Source: Malacoraja senta
Lineage: Eukaryota
Assembly (NCBI GenBank): GCA_038087875.1
Contig: CM075981.1
Location: 13,268,001-13,332,000, forward strand
Length of the DNA: 64,000 nucleotides
Reading direction: 5' to 3'
Both the position numbers and the translations under genes were made by a program. Every line of letters begins with the position of its first letter. The stretch's first letter is position 1. A model generated the notes under the pieces. That model worked only from the letters and a program-made list of their open reading frames with translations, was not told the origin of the DNA and searched no databases. Of this stretch, positions 12,739 to 22,352 are shown piece after piece.

Positions 12739-13582
12739 CTAGATCAATGCCACAGACTACAGCAGCGGCGACGAGGGAGCCAGCAGAAGCTCCAAACACC
12801 CTCGGAGCTGCACGCACAACCTGGGGCAAGTTTTCCAACAAGCATTCCGCCACGCCAATGTGATAGGTCACCAGAAACCCAGAGCCAGAGAAGGACAGTT
12901 CCATGGGCGAGACCCCGCCATCCTCCAGGACGCGATCCTCCAGCTCGGGTCCGACTCTTTCATTATCTTCCTGCGGATGGACCCCTTGCTCATCCAGAGG
13001 CACGTCTCCCTGTAGCTTGGTGGCAGAGTTCACCTGGGCTGCGCACATTCTAACCCGTGGCGCACGGTTCCCATCCCACGCTGCAGAAAGCTCCTCGCCC
13101 CACAGTTTGGAACCCACCACCTCCTCTTCCCCAAATCCTTCTGAGAACCCTGGTGCTGACTGGAAGGACACTGGAATTCCCTCTCCCTTCGCCGACATTC
13201 CTAAGGACTTTCTTTCAACTTTTACAGAGGCTGTTCTCCACCCTCCCTGAAAATGTACTCCTGGCAACCCCTCTCCCATTTGCAAGGAGCCTGATCGCCC
13301 ATCTCCCTGAACCTGCGCTCCAGAGGTACCCCCTTCCCATTGCAAAGATCCCCGAATTCCCTCTTGATCTCTAATTCCAGAAAATCTGTCTCTCCAAGCA
13401 TCTCCATTCTGTTCCCCAACATCTTGAAGCCCCTTATTCCAAAGACTGGGAGCTAAAGTTCCCTTAGGTTTAAGGCACGGTTCCAGGAGACTTCTTTGCC
13501 TTAACTGAACACCCGGGGACCCTTCTTCTTCTTTTCTTGATGTTGATAGCATTTCCTTCCTCATTTCCCTTACACAATTCAT
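12739..13582 (-). CDS. PNPLA1: PNPLA1-like coding exon 1: patatin glycine-rich loop and GASAG nucleophile; start either at ATG 13582 (long form) or ATG 12904 (short form)
   Basis: MELSFSGSGFLVTYHIGV..FGASAGSLVAAAVVCGIDL ends at CTAG|GTAAGG (phase 1). SFSGSGFL and CGI resemble PNPLA1 more than PNPLA2 (SFAGCGFL). The paralog call and start codon are less certain than the exon itself. Confidence 0.85.
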
Positions 13583-13759
13583 TAGCTTGTTTACACCAAA
13601 CTCTTTAACATTGCTTTTCCAATCCTTCTTCCCTCAAGAATTGTTTCCATACAATTCTCCTGTCTTCTATTCTTGCCTACTTACTGGCCCGTCAGAATCC
13701 TCTCTGCTCCTCAGCGCCCCGCTTCTCCTTCCCTCCCTCTATCGCTGTTTGATGCCAAG

Positions 13760-13865
13760 CAATTGCACCCGATCGATCGAGCGCTGGCGTGCTACCGCTC
13801 CGCTCTCTGGGATTTGTAGTCCATTGTCTGTGGGCACACTGCAATGCCTAGGATGCATCGCCCAG
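13760..13865 (-). promoter_or_regulatory. Probable promoter: CpG-rich patch with ZNF143/THAP11-type ACTACAAATCCCA motif
   Basis: tgggatttgtagt at 13808-13820 is the reverse complement of ACTACAnnTCCCA; SBS-like cctaggatgcatcg at about 13847-13860; about 230 bp upstream of the first ATG. Confidence 0.65.
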
Positions 13866-15899
13866 AGATAATCCACTTTTAAAGTTTGCACTATACTGTG
13901 GTGGTTGTGGGTTGATTCACGTCCTACCAGCTCTCGCTTTACCCCGGTAGCAAAAATGCTCCCAGTTAAAACCACGAGCCAGTGGTGGCGTTGGGTTTCT
14001 ACAATCTGTACTGTATGTGGGACACAAAGTAACTCAGCAGGTCTGGCAGCATCTCTGGAGAACATGGATGGGCGACGTTTCGGGTCGAGACCCTTCATAT
14101 CATTTGAACTCAAACGTCGCCTATCTATGATCTCCAGAGATGCAGCCTGACCCGCTGAGTTACTCCACTACTTTGTGTCCTTTCATGTGTAAACCAGCAT
14201 CTGCAGTTCTTTGTTGCTACATGTTGTACTCTCTGGGGTTGCGAGTTATCTGGGGTGGCGCCACAGGGTAGCGCTGTGTGGATCTTTGGGAATGGCCAGG
14301 TTGCGGTCTTGGAATTGGGAAATCTGCCGATTGCAGTGTGAGGAGTTTGAGGTGTAATGTGAAGTTTTGTAATTATGTTGCACAGTGTGAAGTTTTCTCT
14401 TTGGCTGTGAAATTGTTTCCGGGTTGCACTGACTGTGTGAAAGTTTGAGACGTCTATACGTGGCAGTATCGGGCTTTGGAGTGTAGAAACAAAGAGCTTC
14501 AGATGCCGGTTAATACACAAAAGGACACAAAGCGCTGGAGTAACTCGGCTGGTCAAACTCGGCTGGTCTTCCCTGAAGAACATGGATAGGCGACGTTCAG
14601 AAGAAGGGCCTCGACCCGAAACTTCGCTTATCCGTGTTCCCAAGGGCGTTGGAGTGTCGGAAGATAACACAGTGTTTTGGGATGTCTGTGTCTTCTTCAA
14701 TGTGCGACTTTGGGGCGTTTGTAGAGCGACTTCTTGATTAGAACGGGTGTCAAGGGTTATGGGGAGACGGCAGGGAAATGGAATTAGGAGGCAGAGACCA
14801 GTCATGAGTCAATGTCGGAGTAGACTCGAAGGGCCGAAGGGTCTAATTCTACTCCTGGTCCTATAACTTGCGACATGGTGATTTTTGAGAGTTTGTACGT
14901 GCATCAAGCTTTTTTGTGTGGAGTTTTGGCGGGGCGGGGGTGGGGGGGGAGTACTGTGTGATGTTTAAGCGGGCTCAAAGGTTATACACAGTACTGGTGT
15001 TTTGCAGTGTAGGGGGTTCGGTGCCAGGCAAAGCGATGGGCGTGTGTGTGTATGTGTGTCTGGTGCACGGTGGACAACTTCGGGGTTTTAGATTAAAGGG
15101 ATTTCGAGATGTCTGAATGCTTGTAGGTTGAACGGTGGGTATGTAATTTTGCAATAGATTGTACAGCCATGGGGCAGAAATCCCGGGGGGTCGGGGGACA
15201 CGCCCCTCCCATGTTTTGAGAGGTGGGGACAATCCTCAACATGTTTTGCAATCCGGATTTTGAAATTCGGTGAAATAAACTCTTATTAAAATCTCCGCTG
15301 TCCGCGAGATAGTAGAGGTGTCACTGTTCCTTGTTAAATGTCTCTATTAACATCGTATTAACACATATGTCACCAATTGTGTTTTGACCTTCAAAGATTA
15401 CTGAAGGTATTCACGGAGAATTTCTTAAAGCTGTCTGATGGGGGTACTATTACCATCTATATAATTAAAAGTCTCATCTTGACCACTTCCTGTCTGCGCT
15501 GTATATTGATTTTAGAAAAAATGCTACCCTGTATCGCTGTGATTTTTGGCCACCTTACAGTCCTCCGCTGAGCCAGCCTCGAAGATTTTTGCCATCGATG
15601 AAAAATAAAAAAGTTATGAGTGTTTAAAAAACATTGAGAGCTGATTGGTCCTCTCACCTGTTAATCACCGCGATGAAGGTAACGCCTCTTCCAGGGGGGG
15701 GGGGGCAGGACTACCCCGGATGTCTGAACATGAGTCAGCCACTCTGCAAGATCGTGAAAGAGAGGCCGCGACTGTCATTCTAAGCTGTGAATCAACTGAA
15801 CTGTGAATCTGCAATGTACTTGCAATAAATGATTTGTTAGCCCTTAGTGATAATGCCATGAGTTGTTTGGCCTGCTGCCCTGCCTGTGCTTGAAAGTGC

Positions 15900-16038
15900 A
15901 ATGCTTTATTAGGTCCGACTGTGTTTGGAAGGAATAAATGCCTTATTAGATCCGACTGTGTTTGGAAGGAATAAATGCTTTATTAGGTCCGACTGTGTTT
16001 GGAAAGAATAAATGCTTTATTAGGTCTGACTGTGTTTA
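15900..16038. repeat. 37-bp tandem repeat, about 3.7 copies, inside the Helitron
   Basis: Unit aatgctttattaggtccgactgtgtttggaaggaata starting at 15900, 15937, 15974 and 16011. Confidence 0.95.
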
Positions 16039-16285
16039 GTCCAAAAGTCCCGCTCATTTCGTGACTTCCGCTTATTGCTGATTGCGTAATTTTCGGTGAG
16101 TGCAGAGGTTGCGCTGATTGCGGAAGTGCCACTGACTGCAGAAGCCCCACAGTGGAAAGGCCGCGCTCAGCCGTGCGAGTAGATTCAAGAAAGTTTACTG
16201 TCATATATATGGTGTGTGAGTCAGTGTGTGTGTGTGTGTGTGTGAGTGTGTATGTGAGTGTGTATGTGTGAGCTTGTATGTGAGT

Positions 16286-16777
16286 NNNNNNNNNNNNNNN
16301 NNNNNNNNNNNNNNNNNNNNNNNNNNNNNNNNNNNNNNNNNNNNNNNNNNNNNNNNNNNNNNNNNNNNNNNNNNNNNNNNNNNNNNNNNNNNNNNNNNNN
16401 NNNNNNNNNNNNNNNNNNNNNNNNNNNNNNNNNNNNNNNNNNNNNNNNNNNNNNNNNNNNNNNNNNNNNNNNNNNNNNNNNNNNNNNNNNNNNNNNNNNN
16501 NNNNNNNNNNNNNNNNNNNNNNNNNNNNNNNNNNNNNNNNNNNNNNNNNNNNNNNNNNNNNNNNNNNNNNNNNNNNNNNNNNNNNNNNNNNNNNNNNNNN
16601 NNNNNNNNNNNNNNNNNNNNNNNNNNNNNNNNNNNNNNNNNNNNNNNNNNNNNNNNNNNNNNNNNNNNNNNNNNNNNNNNNNNNNNNNNNNNNNNNNNNN
16701 NNNNNNNNNNNNNNNNNNNNNNNNNNNNNNNNNNNNNNNNNNNNNNNNNNNNNNNNNNNNNNNNNNNNNNNNNNNNN
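16286..16777. other. Assembly gap (492 N) following a (TG)n microsatellite
   Basis: Run of N. Confidence 1.
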
Positions 16778-17439
16778 GTGGAGAGGTGGAATATTGCGTT
16801 GGGGGACCAAACCTCCCGTGTGAAACTGGGACCCAACGGGTCCCACTTAGTCTAGTTTGAACTAATTGGAGGATTTGGTGGATGGGAAAGATTTAAACGG
16901 ATTGAATGGGTTTCCTGGCTGGCTTGCAAGTAAGTCCCTCATTCATGGTCACTCATGTTATTTAGTATTTTTTCCCCATCTGTCTCTCTCTCTCTCGCTC
17001 TCCCCCCTCTAAGGTTGGTTCTTCTGTTTGCTTCAGTTTTATTCGTTTTAGTGTTATTTATCACATTGTAGCTTTTGAAAGATTGAAGCGGGTATCAGAC
17101 TGGTCACCAACCAGGTCAGCTCCCTATGTTACCGTCCACAGGGCCCACGGCCAAAGCCTCATGTGTGTGTGTGCGCGCATGGCCACCAAGAAGCCGCGCC
17201 CCAAATCGTGTTCCCCCCCCCCCCATGTTTTTATAGTGATTTCCGCCCCTGTACAGCATGGAGTTTCAAGATGTCCAGGAACTGTACATTGTGCATTATG
17301 ATACTGTAGTATTTGCCGGTTGTAAATTGAGGAGTGTCGATGGTGGTACCTTGTGAATTTATGAAAGTCGTAATCCATTGAGTTTTTGTAGTGTTCCTAG
17401 ATTGTTGCGTGTGGTGTTTGGAGCTGGAAGGACAGTAGG

Positions 17440-18095
17440 AGAACATAAAACAATGGAGCACAGGACATTTGGTCCACAATGTCCGTTTCCCAAACTTGAT
17501 GGGTGCAAAGACAAGCACCTGGACATTATCCATATCACTCTATCCCCTGCAAATCCAAAAGTTTCTTAAATGCCACTATGATATGTGCCTCCGCCACCAC
17601 CAGTGGCAGGGCATTCCAGGCACGCACCACCTTCCGTGTAAAAAACGTGTCCCACACATCTTTAAACGGTGCCCCTTCAACTAAAAGTTATGCCCTCTAG
17701 CACTTGATATCCATCCTGGGAAATAGGTTCTGATTGTCTACCTTATACATTCCTCTTATATGGAAGAGGAATGGAAATGTGATACTTTATATACTTCTAT
17801 TTGGTTTCCCTGCAACCACCATCATTCTAGAGAAAATAATCCAGGTCTATCCAACCTTTGTAGCTAATATACCCTAATCAATGTATCATTCGGGTAAATC
17901 TCCTCAGCACCCTTTCCAATGCCTCCACATCCTTCCTGTAATGGGAAAACCAGAACTCTGAGCAATACTCCAAATGCAGCCTAACCAATGTCCTATAAAG
18001 CCACATCATGACTTCCTGACTCAATGCCCCGCTTAATGAAAAGAAGCATACCATATGCCTTCTTTACCATGCTATCTACTTGTATTGCCACGTTC
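17440..18095 (-). mobile_element. CR1 LINE 3' fragment, degraded
   Basis: Reverse complement of the CR1 3' UTR and RT end (GGTTAGGCTGCATTTGGAGTATTG..TTCTGG). Confidence 0.75.
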
Positions 18096-18970
18096 AGGGT
18101 TGAGTATTGCAGGGCTTCAAGGTGTTGGGTGTCGCTTGGTTGTACCATCAGGAGATTTGGTGTGTCGAGATATGTAGTAATGGCACAATATTGTGTCTGT
18201 GCATTTTAGATTCATGGCTTTGGACTGTTGGAATATATGTGGTTCACAGTGACAGGTTTGAAATACCTGTGGATTGTTGTGTAGGGTTTGTGGTCTGTGG
18301 GTTGTGTGGGTGGAGTTGGGAGTATGGAGTGTACAGTGTGGGGTATTGGGCTGTCGAGGTATCAGGGCGGAAGACATTTTGGGGCTTGATGTGTTGGGAT
18401 ATCTATGGATTGTGTAGTGTGAATGCAATGTGGTATCTGCAATTTAGATTGCAGGGCTTTGGAGTGTTGGAATGTATGTGGGTCAAATAGTGTCAGGTTC
18501 TGGGGTGTTTATCAATTGTACAGTATAGTATTTGGGGTGTCTAGGTGCTGCACAGTGTGAGGTCTTGGTGTGTCTGTGGGTTGTACTGTGTAGATATTTT
18601 GGGGTATTGAATCATCTGTTACATGTACAATGCAGAGTTCAGGTGTGTATGCGAGTAGTTTCCAGGTATCTGTCAGTTGTACTGTGAGTGCGTGTTGTTC
18701 TGGGGTGAGGAGTGCCTTGTGGGCAATGTTCACCCCACAGATGTTGCAAATTCTACACAGTACATCTGAAGATGTTCCAACAGCTTGAAACAAATCCCAC
18801 ATTATACCACCCACAACATAGCCAAACTTGATATTGTACAAGGCACCCAAAATTGTACAAGATATTGTACAATCCTGGGAAACCTGAAATCCCACAGTGT
18901 ACAACCTACAGACATAGCACAACCTTGCATCATGCAACCCATAGATACTTCAAATCCCTCATTGTAGATC
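18095..18970. repeat. Degenerate ~32-33-bp minisatellite (gttgtacagtgtg..ggtgtctgtgg), orientation switch near 18730
   Basis: Recurrent TGTAC(A/T)GTGT cores; GT-rich before 18730 and CA-rich after. Confidence 0.6.
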
Positions 18971-19451
18971 AGCCAAAGTGTTAATGGATGGTCGAGCAGA
19001 CTTGAAGGGCTGCATGAACTCCTCTCAGTTCTATTACCTATCCCAACACCTCACCATTAATACACCATGCCCTGCTGAGCAAATCTCCCAACCTTACTAT
19101 TAGCAGCACATAACAGAGACAAAGAAGTATAATCTGTCTCTAACTGCACATTTGTTCTCACCCTTTCAGAGGATTCTTGTTCCTTCCCAGCCATCTCTAC
19201 AATTTAAACACATTTATTATCTCTCTTGTAGAAACATACATAGGAAGTCCACCTACATTTTTTCCTCAGGTTTCACAGTTCACAACTCTTCAATACTTTT
19301 GTGTCACTCATTTTCTTTTCACCTCTGTTTTTTGTCCAACTATCTTCCTATATAAAACCCCCTTGCCTGTGTCCACCTATTATATGGCACTCTTTGTCCT
19401 GCCCCTCTTCTTTTCTACCTTTCTTTCCCACCCTCCTTCCAATCAATCAAT

Positions 19452-19487
19452 CAGTCTGAAGAAGGGTACCGACCCGAAACGTCACCC
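19452..19487 (+). ncRNA. Minimal type-I hammerhead ribozyme motif of a Penelope pLTR (representative intact copy)
   Basis: gt-CTGAAGA-A-GGGT-accg-ACCC-GAAA-CG-TC-ac: conserved core, stem II, palindromic ACGT in place of stem III, GUC cleavage triplet. Confidence 0.6.
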
Positions 19488-19712
19488 ATCTTGCGCATCA
19501 GTTTAATAAATCGTCTGTTACTTTGATTACCAACTCCGCGTGGCCTTTCCATTTTTGCTCCTACACCTAATGTAATTTTCCAATTATCCACAGACAACTC
19601 GCCCCGTTAACAGTTTCCTTTGTTTAAATCTAAGATCCTGATTTCAGGATGTCTATGAGTCAATATGGGTCAAACTTGGATTATTTTCTCTTGAACATCG
19701 GAGGTCGAGAGG

Positions 19713-20547
19713 AGTAAAGTAAAGTAAAGTAAGTTTATTTATATAGCACTTTTCAGTCGATTTCAATCAAAAGCCAAAGTGCTTTACAGAGAAAACTATC
19801 CATACAAATAATAAAAAGAAGTAGAAAAAAATGACACAACACACTATAAGAAATTCAACACGAACATCCCCCCACAGTAGGATCTACACTCTCCACTGTG
19901 AGGGAAGGCACCAAAATGTCCAGTCCTCCTCCTCCTCCTAGTCCACCCGAGGTCGGGGCCAGTTTGAGGCCACTGCAGCCAGTCGCTGCAACGGCAGCCC
20001 GATGATTATAGGCCCCACCCGCATTGGGTGGAAAAGTCCTCAGCAGCTTAGAAATGTCTGGAGCGGCCGCTCCTTCCCCGGAGACTGCGACGCCCGTGGA
20101 CTTTAGGCCGTGCCGGTTGGAGCTTCGACTCCGCGGTGCTTCCGATCCAGCGCCGCCTGCCCGCGGCGGGATGCCCTCAAACCGCAGACCGCAGACCGTG
20201 GCTGCTCGATGTTGGTGGTCGGCGGTCACAGCACTCCGGAGCGGCAACCCGGCAAGGCATCGCCCGCTCCTTGTTGGTGTCCCAGCGCTGTGCTGCCGAA
20301 GCTGTGGTCCCGGCAGGAACGCCGCTCCAGCCCGATGGAAGGCCGCATGGGGAGATCGGGGATGCGATTTGGAGGAAAACCGCATCTCCGACCAGGTAGG
20401 ACTGGGGTTATAACAGTCCCCCCCCCCCCACATAGAAAGAATAGACTCCCCAAAAAAAATGTTTTAGACAATAAAAAAGTTAGAGGACGGACTGCAGGCA
20501 GGCAGCCATACAAACGGCGCCCACTCCTGCACATCCGCCATCTTGAA
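19713..20547 (-). mobile_element. GC-rich non-autonomous retroelement (family copy B) with L2-type tail
   Basis: Starts TTCAAGATGGCGG..CTGCAGTCCGTC; CACAGT..ACTGTG hairpin; tail TGTAAAGCACTTTG..GTGCTATATAAATAAA(CTTTA)n. Confidence 0.75.
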
Positions 20548-20993
20548 AAGTTGGAGGAGATATAATAGATCTGACAGAAGTATATAAGATTATGTGAGGC
20601 ATAATAAGGGTAGACAATCAGAACCCTTTTCCCAAGGTGGAAGTGTCAAAGACTAAAGGTCAGAGGGGTAAAGTTTAAAGGAGATGTGCAGGGCAAATTT
20701 TTAACAGAGAATGGTGGGTGCCTGGAATGCACTGCCAGGGGTGGTGGTGGAAGCAGAAATAATAGTGTCAGTTAAGAGGCTTTCAGATAGGCATATGCAG
20801 GAAATGAAGTGACATGGATCACGTGCTTTCAGAGGAGATTAACTTAGCATCATGTTTGGCACAGACATTGTGAGTTGAATGGCCTGTTCCTGTGTTGTAC
20901 TGTTCTATATTCTAATATAATATTGAGTTTGGCAATGTCTGCACATTGTACAGTGTGGGAGGCTGCGAGTTGTTGGTATATATGTGGAGCTTA

Positions 20994-21560
20994 TGGGCCT
21001 GAACCATTTAGGCGATTTTTTAGGCGACAACAGGCAACTAGGCTGTCGCCACACGGTCCTCAAGGTGCCGCCTGAATGGTCTCCTCAGTCGCCCAAAGAG
21101 TCGTACATTTTTTCTGGTCGCCGCTAGATTTTGAACTGTTCAAAACTTTTCGGCGAAAGTCGTCGCCCGAGGGCTTGACGCCAACGATCGTAGCCTGATG
21201 TAGGTGCTGTCGCCAGGATGACGTAGGTTGTCACCAGGATGACGTAGGCTGTCGCCGGTGCTGACTTCGGTGAATTCCATTGGCGACTACCTACGTCAAC
21301 TTGCGACTGAATTGTCTTACCTTGTCGTAGCTTGTGGTCGTAGGTCACGGGTGGACGTAGGTTGTCGTAGGTATGGTCGTAGGAGGATGTCCTAATGGGT
21401 TGCCGGTTGTCAGTAGCTTGCCGTAGCTTGATGTCGACTAGGAGGTAGGTTGTTGTAGACATTGTCGTTGGGAGGTTCAGTCGCTGTTTTTTCGGCGACC
21501 TGCTACGACTAAGACAGTCGCCGGCAGTCGCTGAAAAATCGCCTAAGTGGGACAGGCCCA
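20994..21560. mobile_element. PIF/Harbinger-like MITE
   Basis: TIR TGGGCCTG..TTAGGCGATTTTT / AAAAATCGCCTAAGTGGGACAGGCCCA; TTA TSD (20991-93, 21561-63). Confidence 0.85.
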
Positions 21561-22352
21561 TTACAGTGTGGGGTTGCGAATTGGACAATGTAAAGGTTGG
21601 TGATGTTTGGCTGTCTGAATGTTGTATAGTCTGACGTCAGTGGGTTATACCATATGAGGTTTATAGTGTCTTTGGGTTGTATTGCATGGGTTTTAAAATG
21701 TCTTAATGTACAGTGTGAGATTAGAACAAAGAACATAGAAAAATGCAGCACAGGAACAGGCCCTTTGGCAACAATGTCTGTGCCAGACAATGCCAAGATA
21801 AACTAATCTCATCTGCCACCGCATGATCCATATTCCTCCATTTCCATGTGCCTTTCTGAAAGCCTCTTTAATGCCACTATGGTATCTGCCTCCACCACCA
21901 CCCACGACAGTGCAATCCAGGCACCCACTACACACTGTGTAAAAATAACTTGCCCCGCACAATTAATTTAAACTTTGCCCCTTTCACCTTTAAGCTATAA
22001 AAAGTGTCTACTTTCTAGATTCAAGAACGTCAAATAAGATCAGTCCATTTATAGCCTAAATTCTCAGTTCTCCAGGGAGATTGCCTGACCTGCTGAGCTA
22101 ATCCAGTACCGTGTGTCTCGTTTCACCTCATCTATTCCTTGTTGTCAAAGAATGCTCCTTGTGAACATATTGCACCTACTCCACCCCTCACAATCATAGT
22201 GAGAACTCTACATTGATGAACCTTCATCGCCAATGTCCCAGTTACATGAAATGCACTTTACCCACCCATGATCCAAATCTTTCATAACATTTGAATTGAA
22301 TAATAAACTCAATTTTCACAATATCTTTCTGTATGTCTTCTCACTATCCACT

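Larger units (their letters stand above)
15456..16855 (+). mobile_element. Non-autonomous Helitron (spans assembly gap)
   Basis: A|TCTATATAATT start; TGGGACCC-AAC-GGGTCCCA hairpin (16827-16845) then CTAG|T end; no TSD, inserted at an AT dinucleotide. Confidence 0.75.
15168..17251. mobile_element. Non-autonomous TIR (hAT-like) DNA element, interrupted by a Helitron
   Basis: Termini CATGGGGCAGAAATC..GATTTCCGCCCCTG; flanking duplication (tg)tacagc on both sides. Confidence 0.65.

Noticed and set aside
15900-16038. CRISPR-like 37-bp repeats
   Set aside because: Head-to-tail with no spacers, eukaryotic context, inside a Helitron
15983-16860. Long ORFs spanning the N run
   Set aside because: Artefacts of the gap and the (TG)n microsatellite
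19855-20565. Overlapping ORFs in GC-rich elements (also 26.5, 34, 38.4, 45.7 and 62.5 kb)
   Set aside because: Open in several frames because of GC content; no domain and not conserved between copies
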